Shown: one piece after another, positions 14,301-29,538 of the stretch
Position numbering within the stretch: the stretch's first letter is position 1
Layout of the letters: every line of letters starts with the position of its first letter
Source: Octopus sinensis
Lineage: Eukaryota
DNA: 64,000 bases
Direction of reading: 5' to 3'
Assembly: GCF_006345805.1 (NCBI RefSeq)
Contig: NC_043003.1
Location: 48,112,001-48,176,000 of the forward strand
The notes under the pieces: model-generated
The model's input: only the letters and a program-made list of their open reading frames with translations
What the model was told of the DNA's origin: nothing
Databases searched by the model: none
Made by a program: the position numbers and the translations under genes

Positions 14301-17300
14301 ACTATTATTACTACTACTACTGCTGCTGCCCCCACCGCTACTGCTGCTGCTGCTACTACTACTGTTATTATCATACCATTGTAACACGTCCATTATCATA
14401 TCATCACTACTACAATAGTACCGCCCATCATTATATACTCACAACTGTAACACTAGTGCCACCATACTATCACATCATCAGTCTCATCATCATTTAACAT
14501 CTGTTTTCCATCCTGGCATGGGTTGGACAGTCTAACAGGAGCTGGCCAGCAAGAGAGCTACACCAAGCTCAATTGTCTGTTTTGGCAAGGTTTCTATGGC
14601 TGGATGCCCTTTAAAATCCCATGCTGCACAACTGCCACAACTCTACCATCTCTCTCATTCTCTCACATTTCTTGTTCTTTTTATGAAGTGCACTGTTCAT
14701 TATGTTCCAGAGGTGTTCAATAGGGTTCATATCTGGTGACTGGCTTGGCATGGAAGCTTTTTAATGCCATTCTCATCCAACAAATCTTGGGTCATTTTAG
14801 CCGTGTGACAAGGAGTTCCATCTTCCATAAATAGTCTTCTTTAATCATTTCATCACTGGAGAATATTGGAAGGAGTTCTTCCTGCAATATGAACACATAT
14901 TTATCTGAGCTTATGTTTCCTTCACATTTCACTAGCTCTGATCAACCATTGCTCCAAATGCTCCCCAGACCATCACAGAATAGATGCTATGTTTCATTGT
15001 TGACTGCAATCTTTTCACATCAAATTCTTGATCAAAGAGTCTCCAGACCCACACTCAGCCATGGTCAGGAAATACAGCAAATCTGGACTTATCAGAGAAT
15101 ATGATAGTGTCCCAAAATGCTAGTGGCTTCTCCATCATCTCACTGGCCCATTCATTTCTCCGCTTGATGTTGGCTGGTCGAAGAAGTGACTTCCTTCTTG
15201 CTGCTCTGCCATAATAACCAAGTTTGTGGAGATACATGACAGCTGTTCTGGGACTGACATCAACTTGTTCTGCTATGTCAGAGACTTTGCAATGAGGATT
15301 ATCCTCCACGCTTCTCTTAGCAAAGAGAACGGTCCTGTCAGAGGGCCCTGGTTGATCTGGGCAAAGTGATGTGGACTCCTTCCTCTCTCTGGTGAATTGC
15401 ACAATCACTGTATTAACTGTAGAAAGCAGGATCCCAAGGTTTTCTGTGATTTTACACTATGTCCACCTTTAGAATGACCCACAATACGGCCTCTCCAAAA
15501 TTCAGACAATCCCAAGGCTTCTTTTGTACATGGCATGATTAAACAGCCACATATGCAACCTGAAACATAAAGCAATGTTTTATGGGGTGTCTATTTACTT
15601 CTGTCATGTCTGTGTATATACATCCAAGATATAAGGCACTTGATAAAAATCACAGATGAGACTGACCAAAAAATGTCATCATCCAGACATCAAGGGACTG
15701 TTAATTGCTTAGTCAATCAATCAATCAGCTGAATTTGCCAGTCCTTTCATCACCATTTGTAACCTAATCAATGATATTCCCTCTCTACTCTAGGGTTGCT
15801 TTGGGTGTAGAATACTTAATAAATATACAACTGGAAAAAATAAAGTTCTATTCTGCACAAATCAATACTCACCTGATACATTCCAACTCCTATATGTTTA
15901 GGTTCAATCTTGACTAGTTCTGCAATAGGATCCTGAAGACGGCGAGCTATAGAGACTAAAGCAGAAGGAAGAATCAGTCAGTTAGTCAATAATGTTTTAT
16001 AAATTTCACCTGGGTGTGATAAGTGAAATATCAACTTATAAACATTTTTGTGATCAGAAGTATTTGTTACATCTGTAATTAATAAGCCCTAATGAACTTA
16101 GGATGAGGGAAAGAGAAATAGAAGTAATGGAATTATAGACTTTCTTAAAGACTTTCATTATAAAAGCTTCTCTCATAATTTTATTCATGTCTAGGATGCA
16201 TTATGCAAATACAAATTGATTCCAGTATTGAATGGAATTTTATTTTATCAATAGCTGAATGATAACAGACACCTGCAGGATTTGAACTCAGAACGTAAGG
16301 AACTGTATTTAAATACTGCAAGGCGCTTCCTCTGATACAAATAATTCTGCCAATCCACTGACTCAAATAAATTTTCCTGGGTCACAAAGGTCCACATAAC
16401 TGGAACGTAGATAAATAAATAATAATCCTAGAGAGGGCAATGAACTAACAAATGCTCCCTATGAACTATCACAGGGAGCATTTGTTGTGGAAGGAATTTG
16501 TAGACTAATAAATATTACATTTGGCAAGCTAGTTGTTATTTTAATTGGTTATAGACTTGATAGCAATATAATTGGTATAGTAGTTGGTATGACAGTTAGC
16601 AGGCTAGTTAGCAATATAATCGCTATACTAGTTAACATGAAAATTCCTTAACCAGTTGGCATTTAAATTGGTAGGCACTATTAGCCAACAAAGCAATAGT
16701 ACTATTGGTGCTCACAGTAACTAACTATATCACCAGTGGTTCACACATACAACTAGATGGACATGCCTACTGAGAGTTAAGTATCAGAGAGATAGATAGT
16801 TCTAAAGCTGCATACATACAAAGTTATGCAGTAGTCAACATATAAGAGCAAACAACAAATTTGTTTCTTGCTTATTGTCAGTCAAAATATACCAACAAAA
16901 TATGTCTTTGTTGAAGTGATATCAATACTACAGAAATGATACTACTGAATTGATGAACTACCTGAGTCATTAGAACATCAGACATCATCATCATCATCAT
17001 TGTTTAACGGCCGCTTTCCATGCTAGCATGGGTTGGACGATTTGACTGAGGTCTGGCAAACCAGATGGCTGCACCAGACTCCAATCTGATCTGGCAGAGT
17101 TTCTACAGCTGGATGCCCTTCCTAACGCCAACCACTCTGAGAGCGTAATGGGTGCTTTTATGTGCCAGTCAGGCGGTACTGGCAACAGCCATGCTCAAAT
17201 GGTGCTTTTTATGTGCCACCTGCACAGGAGCCAGTCCAGCGGCACTGGCAACAACCTCGCTCGAGTGTTTTTTCATGTGCCACCAGCACAAGTGCCAGTA

Positions 17301-18702
17301 AGGCGACACAGGTAGCGATCACGCTCGAATGGTGTTTTTTAAGTGCCACTGGCACAGAGGCCAGCTTCTTGCTCTGGCAACGATCACGCTCGGATGGTAT
17401 TCTTAGCGCTCCACTAGCATGGATGCCAGTCATTGAATTTGATTTTGATTTTGGAGTCATCAATGTCCTATGTTCCAGAGGGAGCAAAGGCCTTAAGTAA
17501 GTAAGTATATACTAACATCCAATACAGAACGATATAGTGGACAATGTAATCTCGTGGTTTGAACGTCTTTGATCATTGATCATAGTTTTGCTTAATCAGA
17601 GTAGACTTAGGATTAAACAACAACACAACTCATCTGATTGAATTTCATTGTCAGAGATGACCCTGATCACACGGCAAAGAAAAGTATTCCAGATTCTAAA
17701 GGTCAAATACAATAAGCTTCTATTCAGAGTTTAATGGTTTATAACAGAATAAAATTCTCTCTAATTCTACTTACCAGCCCCACGAATGTTCTGGTCCATA
17801 TCAGGAAGCTCCTTCTGAGCTACAGTAGATATACTATAAATTGAAGCACCACTTTCATCAACAATACTGAAGTGAAAAATAGAGAAACCTATTAATTATA
17901 GCTTTATTTATAAAAACATTCTTATGATATCAATATCACTGATACTATTTTATCAATCTTGTAAATAACTAATCTTCAGAAGGTTGTATCTGCTCAATAA
18001 ATCAATAAACTCTTGCTTGAACTGTGATTTCTGACTTTGGCACAAAATCAAAATTTGTAGAGAAAGGTTATTGTGAATTGAATTGACTCTAATACATCAA
18101 TGGTTCTTAGTTCATTGACTATGGATGAATGAAAGGTAACTGAATTCTTCAACAGATAATGCTTATTGAATCAACAGACATATGCTGTAAGTTACTGAGA
18201 CTCTGGTCAATAAGAAACGTGAGCATAGGTGCAACATGAAACCTATAGTATGAGTTTAATATTCCGGTTATCATATTCACAATGCATACACATGGAGATG
18301 ACAGTTGAGAAAAAAGGGTGAGTGTGGGGGAGAAAATGATATCCTATCTTTTTTGTATATCAGAAACTATAATGATAAAGGTATTAATCTTATTCAAGGC
18401 AAGACAGAAGGGTGTGAATTGAGAAAGATTTGGTTGTTAATTCTTAAATGTTGAGTAATCACATAGAAGCTTCCTCAAAAGAACCATTGCCAATCAGTTG
18501 AATGACTTTTTAGAGACAGTTTAAGATGTCTGTGTGGGAGAACAACAGCACTGCCCTACACATATAAGCAATACACTAATGTGGGCTCCACTTAATGCTT
18601 TACAAAGGTTTTATAATAATTAATGAAATGAATTCAAAAAATGCAGAAATAAATAAAATGAACAAATAAATTAACAAAAGCATGAATAATAAAATAAAGG
18701 AA

Positions 18703-18733
<31 letters not shown>

Positions 18734-20262
18734 AAGATTTGTCTTGTACCAATATTGAATCTTCTGTGATCCGAATAATTTTTGGCTGATGCATTTGGAT
18801 AATACTGATTCTGTCTCCCGACATGCAGTACCATTGCCAATGGCAATTACCTCACACCTGAAATATGGATATTAAAGAATGAGAGTCAAATAAATAGAAC
18901 TTGAATTCGAGAGGCAGGAGTTGGGTTTAAGGTATCATGTGTGTGTGAGAGAGGGAGAAAGGGCTATATTCAACAAATCCTATATTATAAGTGAAAGTCC
19001 TGCATTGTTGTTATTCATATCATAATATATATTCGGAAGGATTAATAAAGTTTGTTGATTAGTTATCATGAATTACGACAATGCAAATTCTTGAAAGAAT
19101 CAAATCAATTTTAAATATTGCCAGTGCAGAATAGCAAGCAAGTTTGCTAGTATAATAATTATATATTCTTCCATCCTTACTTTTCTTTCCCTACCAACTG
19201 ATAGAGAGATATGAGAGTCAATGTTATTCCTGTCCAAAACTCTGCTTAGAATGTTAAGATAAAGAACTAGAGACATTAGTCGTATAATGTCTAGTTGCAC
19301 CCCTCTAAATTTTGTGTTCTGCACCTCACACACACAGATACATTGTTAACATCATCCAAAACAAGACCTTTCAATATACTGACAATGATTCATTCACCAA
19401 TACACAAAAATCCCCGACTCACTAATGTATTCTTTCATCTCTCTGCCAGTTTTACTGATAATAGAACAACAGTCTCTGAACTATCTAGTTGCTTACTTCT
19501 CAATCTAGAATGAATTGAGTCTTTCCTCTTTTCCTGACCCCTACTGTGTCTCATTTTGTGGTTCCTGCACTCAACATTTTTCCTCAGTCTCTTCTTTCCA
19601 CAACTGACACCCACTGGAATTATTTCTATCCACACCTCCACCCCAACAAATATTCAAACTAAACATCAACCACATCAAACTCACCAATCTGGAATAACCT
19701 ACAAAGAAGTCAAGTGCACTCTGCCTCTAACTGATTAATAATAAAATATATAAAAGAAAGGAGAGAAGGGTAAGGGGCTTGGTTCAAAAGGAGGTATCAC
19801 ATTGTTTTCGTCAGCCAGAATATTGAAGCTGTTCAAATCATGGATTCTGTGTGTATATGTGATGACAGCTGGTGTACAAACAGTTCATCCCATATTAAGT
19901 TTATCTTCCACTACCATATATATATTCTTCTACTGTTGGCATTAGGAAGGGCATCCAGCTATAGAAACCATGCCAAATTAGTCTAGTGTAGCCCCTCAGC
20001 TTACCAGCTCTGGTCAAACCATTCAACCCATGCCAGCATGGGCAATGGATGTTAAATGATGATGATGGTGATGATGATGTGAGGAATCTCCATCATGTAC
20101 CAACACAAAACCTTCACAGTTATTAAGAAAAGACTGTTGGGAAAATAAATAGGAAGCTGTAATGTTCTTGTTTATGTTAATGGAAATGAACCTTTTCCAA
20201 AAGAGAATCAGAAGAGAATTCAAGAGCATCTTCACAAATATCTTGCAGCAACATGGCAATAT

Positions 20263-20318
<56 letters not shown>

Positions 20319-23300
20319 AATTATTGTGTATAGTGCTCAGGTGCACTACAACTCATCAAAGGTGCATGTACAGTACATAGAATTATGTACAAAAGTCAGA
20401 AAGTGAACAGTATATGTGTCATGATAAACATGAGACAAGTGACCAAAACCTTTGGCAATATGCAATGCTTGAGAAGAACTGTCAAGCCAAGTGTGGCCAA
20501 TGCTGGTGTCGTATAAGTGGCACATGAAAAACATCCTTCGAACATTGTGCCTCACGTTGGCAGTGATAAGTCACTAAGAGTTTTGGCATTATGCTGTGCT
20601 TGGAGTCTTGGAATGGTTGGCATTAGGAAGGACATCCAGCCGTAGAAACCATGCCAAATCAGATTAGAACCTGGTGTAACACTCCAGCTTACTAGTTACA
20701 GTCAAACTGTCTAACCCATGCCAGCATGGAAAGAGAACGATGATGATGACATCATTAAAATCTCACAACTATGAAATAATGCATGATTAATACAAAACAA
20801 TGTGAATAAATAAACATTACATTTGACAGAATAATCTGAATTCTAAAGGGTTAAACATATTCTATTATTTGGTCTACTCAATTAGAGCAGGGATAGGACC
20901 TAAACAACAACAATAGCAACAACAATATAAATGGACCAAAGCGAGTGATGTTACCTGTTAGTGCTGATGATGTCAACTAATTTTTCGCTTTCTTTGACCA
21001 CATTGTTTTTATGGCTGTGAAGGTATAGAGTGTCTGTATACAATACCTGACCTACAACAAGAAGTAAACAAACAAGTGAGTCAAGAATGCTGACAGATTT
21101 TAGCAATTACACAACACATAGGCATGGCTGTGTGGTAAGAAGTTTGCTTCCCAACCGCATGGTCTTGGGTTCAGTCCCACTGCGTAGTACCTCAGGCAAG
21201 TGTCTTCTACTACAGACCCAAGCTGGCCAAAGTTTGCGAGCGGATTTGGCAGAAGAAAACTGAAAGAAGCCTGTTGTCTATATATGTGTAAGTGTGTGTG
21301 TGTGTGAGGGAGAGAGAGAGAAAGAGAAAAAGTGAGAGAGAGAGAGAGGGAGAGAAAGAGAGAAAGTGAGAGAGAGAGAGAGAGTATGTGTTTGTGTGTG
21401 TCTGTTGCTGTCTTTTTGTATTGACATTGCATGATATACATTAACGAGCATTACAATGATGCAAGCGGTGTCTTTCTTTACCAACATTCCATCAAAATAT
21501 GTCTGGTCATGGAGTAATATCACCTTACATAAAAACAGATGAAAGTTGGTGACAGGAGGTGCATCAGGCCATAGAACAGTCTGCCTCGAAGAATTAAATT
21601 CTATCCGACCTATGCAAGTATGGAAAAGCAGATATTAAAATGAAGAAGATGAAGAACACTAGTTTTACTTTACACATCCATATTCTGGCTTGGTTTGGAG
21701 TGTGAAGAAAAGGAGGTGCAGAAAAGTCATAAGCCATAAAGCTAAAGAGTCACGAGTCGTCATCATTGACATCAGTGGCAGCGTCATCATCACCCTTGCT
21801 TGCATGGGTCAGATGGAATTTTCTGAGGCAGATTTTCAATGGTTGGATGCCTTTCCTGTTACCAACTCTTGCATATTTCCGAGCAACCATATTTCCCTAT
21901 AGCCAGACAGGCTTTTCATGGAACATTAAGAATGAAAGACACCACTTGTATGATTGAGCAACATTTCGAAAATTTGGTGTTACTTTTTTGAAACAGATCT
22001 AGCAACCCAAATACCAAGTAATAACACCTTGCTTGTCCAAATCATTTTTCAGAAGTTTGTCTTAAACATCCATGCTTGTCTTTTGACCTCTAGTTAGCTT
22101 TTGTTTCATATGCTCTGAGTAATATAAAGGTTTCTTTTCATATGTCCCAAGTTACTCTATTGGATGAAAAAAATTAGGAATGTGTATCATATATGATGCA
22201 TAGACACCAGAGAAATATACCCTGTGTACCATATGTGGTACACAGTACAAGAGATGCATGGGCTAATGATAGCACATGGCCCAGTGGATTAGGGTGTTGC
22301 ACTAACAATCACCAGATCATGGTTTTGATTCCCAGACCTGTATGTGGTGTTCTTGAGCAAAACACTTCATTTCATGTTGCCCCAGTCCACTCAGCTGTAA
22401 AAGGGTAACCTTGTGACCAACTGGTGTACAAGGGTGAGATGGCAACTCAGGAAAATCACTCATGTGGTCACACAAGCCACAAAGGTATTCAGTGATCAAA
22501 AGAATGAACAGTACAATCTGTACTGTGAATCCTGATTACTTAGGATTGGTTGTTTAACCACACTGAAGGATGATGTTAATGATGTGATGAGTTAAAAGAA
22601 ATGATAAAAGCTCACCTGTTTCTGATATAACAGCGACCTTACAGCCATGCAGAAAGCCAGGGTCTATTGCCAGTACAATTCTCCCTCTCAGTGGTGCCAT
22701 TAGCAAACGACTCTTTAGATTACTACAGAACACTTCAATAGAGGCCTTCTCTGCTGTTTTCGTCAGCTCGGATCTGAAAAATATAATTATAGTTTTAATG
22801 TTCATTTTTCCATGCTTGCATGAGTCAGATTGAATATGCTAAGGCAGATTTTCTATGGCCAGATACCATTCCTGTTGCCAGCTCCCACACGTTTCCATGC
22901 GAGGTAATATTTCCTCATGGTCAGGAATGTTGACACACTAAAGGCACAAAGCTTGAAAGTTTGGGGGAGGGGACTAGCTGACCCCCCAGCGTTTCACTGG
23001 TACATAATTTATTGACTCTGAATTTGAACACAAAATGTAGCGACGAGTAAAATACTGTTAAGCATTTCATCCAGTGCGCTAACGGTTCTTTTCTACTCTA
23101 GGCACAAGGTCTGAAATTTTGGGGGAGGGGGGGCCAGTACGTAACTGGTACTTAATTTATCGACCCCCCCAAAAGGATGAAAGGCAAAGTTGACCTCAGT
23201 GGCATTTAAACTCAGAACGTAAAGATAGAAGAAATACTGATAAGCATTTCACCCAGTGCAGCTTGCTGCCTTATTAAAATAATAATAATAATAATGATAA

Positions 23301-26300
23301 TAATAATAATAATAATAATAATAGCTTCTGATTAGCACAGGGTTAGCAGTTTTTCAGGGAAGGGGATTGGTCGAGACTATGGACCCTAGTTCTTCGACTA
23401 GTACTTCATTTTACTGAACCTGAAAGGATGAGAGCAAGGTAAACCTTGATAAGATTTGAACTCATGACCATGGCAGAATAATAACTAATAATGGTTTGAA
23501 ATTTTGGCACAAGGCCAGCAATATTAGGGGAGGAGTAAGTCAATTACATCAACCTCAATGTTCAACTGTTACTTATTTTATTGACCCTGAAAGGATGAAA
23601 GGCAAAGTCGACCTCAGTGGAATTTGAACTCAGAACATAAAGACAAACAAAATGCTTAGCAGTATTTTGCCTAACGTGGTAACAATTCTACCAGCTTGCT
23701 GCTATCATCATCATCATCATCGTTTAACATCCGCCTTACATGCTAGCATGAGTAAGATGATTTCACAAGAAGCCTGCACCAGACTTCTGTGACTGTTTTA
23801 GCAGAATTTTTACAGCTGAATGCCCTTCCTAAAACCAACCACTCAGCAGAGTGGACTTAGTGCTTTTTACGTGGCACAAGCACAGGTGAGGTCAGTAGAA
23901 TTGATACCAGTGCTAGTGTCACGTAAAAAGATGACACTTGCCCAAGGTGCCATGCAGTGGGACTGAACCTCAAACCATATGGTTTGGAAGCAAACTTCTT
24001 ACCACACAGCCACATGTATGTCTACATACATATAAAATTCCTTCATATAAAGAAGTGATGATGATGATCATCATCATCATGGTGGTGGTGGTGATGATGT
24101 TGATGGTGGTGACGATGATGTGGAGAATGAAGATGATAAATTTAGAAAAGATAACAATTTAGAAATATGTTTATCTACGATAGAGATCTGCAAGTCACGC
24201 TTAGGACACATGCTCAGTCTCACACACACACACACACACACAGAGTATACAAACAGCAAACACACTCTTACACACACAAATGCATATACACACACACACA
24301 TACACATTTACATACACACTCACATGCATACACTCACACATATCTACAAAAATATGCATAGTCACATAACATACACATTTAAACACACACATGCTCATAT
24401 ACATAAAAAAAAGCATACACATGCACGCAAAACACTGACACGTGAACACAAAATACACCCTCCAGCACGCACACACATACACACCAATACACATGCACAC
24501 TATAAATATACACGCACATATACACTAACGACATCCAGATGCACATGCACAAACCAAGCTTACAAACTTCATTAGGCACTTAATCAACCAGAAAATAATA
24601 ACTAAGTTATTCTAGAACAATCTCTTGACTGCCATTTGTTGCCATTGTTTAGCCTTATGTTATCCCTGATCCAACAAGTCACTCCAGCTATGACCATTCC
24701 ATCTTTTTTTCAGACATTGTATATTTAGTGCTAATTTACCTCTAATGTGTCCTTCCTTTTTAAAGATGCATTTTAGAAAAGTTTGGCTGCTATTTCTAGC
24801 AGGTTAAAATTAGAAGCTGCCTCAGTCAGTTTGATTGTTGTTATTCTAGATGCGTTTGGATAAAATGTCACCACCGCCATCACCACCACCATAACGACTG
24901 TCGTCACCACCACCACAACCAACACCACCAACACTACCACTACTATTATCATCATTCTTTAACATCCACTTTTCCACATCTGGATGCCTTTCCTTTCACC
25001 ACCCTCACCTGCTTCGAAGTAAGGCAATATTTCTCTATATTAGACATGTTTTCACAGCAGATTGCATGACTATGACATTCATATACAACTGTTACATGAA
25101 ATCAAAGCATGGAAACAGTAAGAAACAAACACACACACACACACATATATTTATACAATGGAATTTTTTCAGTTTCTGTCTACGAAATCTATTCACAAGG
25201 CTTTGGTCGACCTGAGGTACAAACTGGCACTCAGTTGGTTATGATGATAAGGGTTGCAGTTGATCCGATCAATGGAATAGCCAGCTTGTGAAATTAACAT
25301 GCAAGTGGCTGAGCACTCCATAGACACGTGTAACCATAACCTTCAGAGATTCAGCATGACACAGAGTGTGACAAGACTGGCTCTTTGAAATACAGGTACT
25401 ATGCATTTTTGCCAACTGAGTGGACTAGAGCAACATGAAATAAAGTGTCTTGCTCAAGGACACAACACATCACTGAGGATTGAACTCATGACCTTATGAT
25501 TGTGAGCTGAATACCCTAACCACTAAGCCATGTGCCTTCACTCAGCCTAAGGTAAAGTAAAGGTAAAGTTACCTTCTCAAGTCATGCTGATTCATAAGGG
25601 CCAGTTTCCTAGTTTCACGGTATATATATATATATATATATATATATGCCCTACCTAGGCAGGATGTCAGTCCATCACAGGATAATTCATTTTTGCCAGC
25701 TGAATGGACTGGAGCAATGTGAAACGAAGGGTTTTCTTCAAGAACATGTGTTACCCGGTCCAGAAATCAAAAGCACAATCTTATGGTCATGAGTCCAACA
25801 CCCTAACCACTAAGCCACGTGCTTCCACTGATCAGCCTAAGTTTACAGTAGAAGACACTTGCCCAACTTACCTCACTGTGGGACTGAACCTGAGACCCTC
25901 TGGATGGGATGCAAACTTACCACAAAACCACACCAGCATCTAGAAACAGCTATGCCTGCACATGCACAAGGAATAAAAAATTTCAATGTTGTTTGACTAG
26001 AATTTCAGTTGTGATTGATCATCCACCTTCTTTTTTCCTATATTATATTATTGATGTCCTTAAAACAGTATAGTCATCCATTATTAAGATGCTAGAGTAG
26101 AAGTGGAAAGAGATTTGGCTGCAATTTTGTCAGGTCAAATAAATGCATAGGTCTGTCCTTTATGGGCATTTGTTGTTTGAGACAGCAATGCGGATTTCTT
26201 ACCTAGTAAAACGACACATCTGAGGGGATACAAGTCGTTTAAAGGCATCCTGGAAACAGTCTTCCAGAATATTTTTGTTTTCTGGTGGTGTTGCAGGTCG

Positions 26301-29300
26301 AATCCAGGTTCTGCGGCAAAAATTCAGATATTCATATTTTATACTGTCAGGAATGACAATTTTCACTGACAATATGTTATTTTCTTCACCCCGGTTGATT
26401 GCAAGAACCTGCAGACAATTTTAAAATGTTAAAATTATTAGTAAAACAGAATTGGCTGGCAACCAAATGATTTAAATCATACAGTCAACTTGGCCACAAT
26501 TACTCATATACTACTATATGAAAAATAAATATTAAAAAGTAATATAAACCAAGAGTCCAGTACCAATCTTATTTATAGGTCATAGAGTATTATGAAAGGA
26601 CGTTTTTTTTTTCTACTTAATTTCAAATAATTCCAAAGATTTTGCCTCACCATGTATGTTACCTCTGATATAAACAGCAATCTACAGAATATCTAATTAA
26701 AAATAAAGTTCTTTATTCAAAGTAACATCTCAACGGCTACATGATTTTATAGTAGAGAGAAAGAGAAAGTTACAGAAATAATAAGTTATCTAAATTACTA
26801 TTCAAGGTATTCCAAGTGATACATCTACATACAATCATACATGGGTTGGCTGAAAACTTCATAGTCTGACTAACATATTCTCATGGAATGTTACCAAATG
26901 AGGTTTATTTTTCAACAGAGTCCCTCTTTTCGTCTATGCACTTCATACATCAGTGTTGCAGTGCTTGGATCCCATTGGTGAAGAAGCTTTCATCCTGTTG
27001 GTCAAAAAAGTTATCAACAGCAGGTATGATGTCATCATCACTGCTACACTGGAGCCCATCCAAGTGTTTTTTCATGCTGGGAAACAGACAATAGTTGGAT
27101 GGAACCAAATCACTACAATAGGGAGGGTGATCAACCAGTTGAAAGCCACAATCATGCAAGATAGTCATTGAAACCAAGGACTTGTGTGCTGGCACATTCT
27201 CCTAATGAATCAAGACTCCTTTCATCGTTTTCCTGGGCATTTGGTCTTGATATCCTTTCATAACTGCCTCAGCAAATTGACATAGTATTCTTCATTAATG
27301 ATATAGCCCTTTTGAAGATAGTCAACAAACACAGAACTCTTCGAATCCCAAAAGACTGAAGCCTTACCTTCCCTGCAGTTGAAAGGACTTTGGCCTTCTT
27401 TGGAGCAGGAGAGAAGGGGTGTCTCCTTTGCATGGACTATCTTTTTGTCTCTAGTTCAAAGTGATGAAGCCAACACTCATCTTGGGTTAAGAAACGTTCA
27501 AGGAAACCAGCTAGTTCTGCTATAAACATCATCATCATCATCGTTTAATGTCCACTTTCCATGCTAGCATGGGTTGGACGATTTGACTGAGGACTGGTGA
27601 ACCAAATGGCTGCACCAGGCTCCAATCTGATCTGGTAGAGTTTCTACAGCTGGATGTCCTTCCTAATGCCAACCACTCCAAGAGTGTAGTGGGTGCTTTT
27701 ACATGCCACCGGCACAAGGGCTAGTCAAGCAGTTCTGGCAATGGCCACGCTCAAGTGTTGTTTTTTACATGCCACCTGCACAGGAGCCAGTCCAGTGGCA
27801 CTGGCAACAACTTCACTCGAATGTTTATCATGTGCCAGTAAGGTGACACTGGTAACGATCACATTTAAATGGTGCTTTGTCAGATTTTCCTGTGATGTGA
27901 TTAGCCTGGTGTGCTTTTGATCAGGTGTCAGAAGATGTGTCAGCCACCAAGCAGAAAGCTTCCTCATGCCGAGTTCACTGTGCAAAATCTTCTCACAGGA
28001 TATGCTAATAGGATTGGCTATTTGATACATAGTCAATCACCTGTCATCCATGAGATTATAGTAAACATAGTCAATGTTTTTGTCAGGGGTGATGGACTGA
28101 TCTTGGGTCATCTTCAAGGCTCTCAGTTCCTAACCTAAATTCAGTAGCCCACTTTTCCACTGCTGATAAAACTACATCCCTAATGTAGCAACCATGTCAG
28201 TATAAATGTCCTTGGAGGCTAAACCCTTTTACTGTAGGTGCTTAATAACACAACAATGCCAAATTTTATTGATTTTCAAGAGAAGTCACTACTATTTACT
28301 TCAAAGTCTTCTTTGAACAGTCCGACATCAGTTTACCTTGAAATTAATGCATGCAAGATTTAATAAAACTAGCATCATGTCTTCATAGTCAACTTATGAA
28401 CTTCTCAGCCCACCGTCACAAATAGCTGCACATACACAGCAAATACCTCACTGAAACAGTACACATTGAAGAAGGCACAGGCAGAATTTGCTAAATGACA
28501 AAAGAAGGAGATGGCAGGGTGGATTTAAGGAAATTACTTACCTGGTGAGGTTTGATAGATTTAATCCCACATTTGAAATCAAAATAGTTGGAAAACTTGT
28601 GTTCCTCCACATGTTTCTTTCCAGGTTTAGTTTTTGCCTTTTTATCACCAGCTTTTGTCTTTTTCTCAACAGTTTTCTTCTTCTTTGACTCTAAAACCAC
28701 ATAATGGGACAGGAATCTTTAAAAAAAATGGGAGGAAAAGTCCAATGATAAATTACCATAATGTAGAGAGAAGAAATTTTGGTAAAAGTAGGATCAATAA
28801 TATTTTTATTAGCTCTGTAGAATCACTGAAAACTTTGTTTCATCACCATCATCATCATCTTCATTTAACATCCATTGTCCATACTGGCATGGGTTGGATG
28901 GTTTGACCAGGGCTAGTAAGCTGTGGGAAAGGCTGCACCAAACTCCAGTTTGATTAGGCATGGTTTCTATGACTGGATGCCCCACCTATTGCCAACTACT
29001 CCAAGACTGTATGTGTATGTACATACATAGATCATCATCATCAACATCATCATTTAATGTCCACTTTCCATGCTGGCATGGGTTGCACAGTTTGACATGG
29101 AGCTGGTCAGCAGGGAGCTGTCCAGACTCCAACTGCCTGCTGTGTGATGGTTTTTACAGATGCCAACCACTTAACAGTGTGCTGGGCTCAAATTACATGC
29201 CACTGGCATGGGTGCTTCTTAAGTGGCATCGGCACCTGACAGGACAAGCCTGTGTGTGTGGAAGTCAGCGATTTTACTTAGCTTGACATATCTTATCAAG

Positions 29301-29498
29301 TATAGCAACATCTCCCGGTCCCTTAAACACACACACACACACTGTTTATCTTGATATGTGATCACCATGTCGTGCACTTATGTTTGTGATGCATGTGCCT
29401 GATGCACCCTTATCAGACAGGTAGTCGTGATGGGTATATTGGGTTTCATGTATTTGTACCCTAGTGTGGCTTTAATGGCATGCGCTGCTTTCTCATTA

Positions 29499-29538
<40 letters not shown>

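Noticed and set aside
20075-20260. Possible nested plus-strand exon (...[32 protein letters not shown])
   Set aside because: No recognisable family, no convincing splice sites, and it ends in (AAT)n.
24077-24579. His/Thr- or Val/Cys-rich ORFs (and similar ORFs at 346, 2715, 8274, 46371)
   Set aside because: Translations of (CA)n and (TA)n microsatellites.
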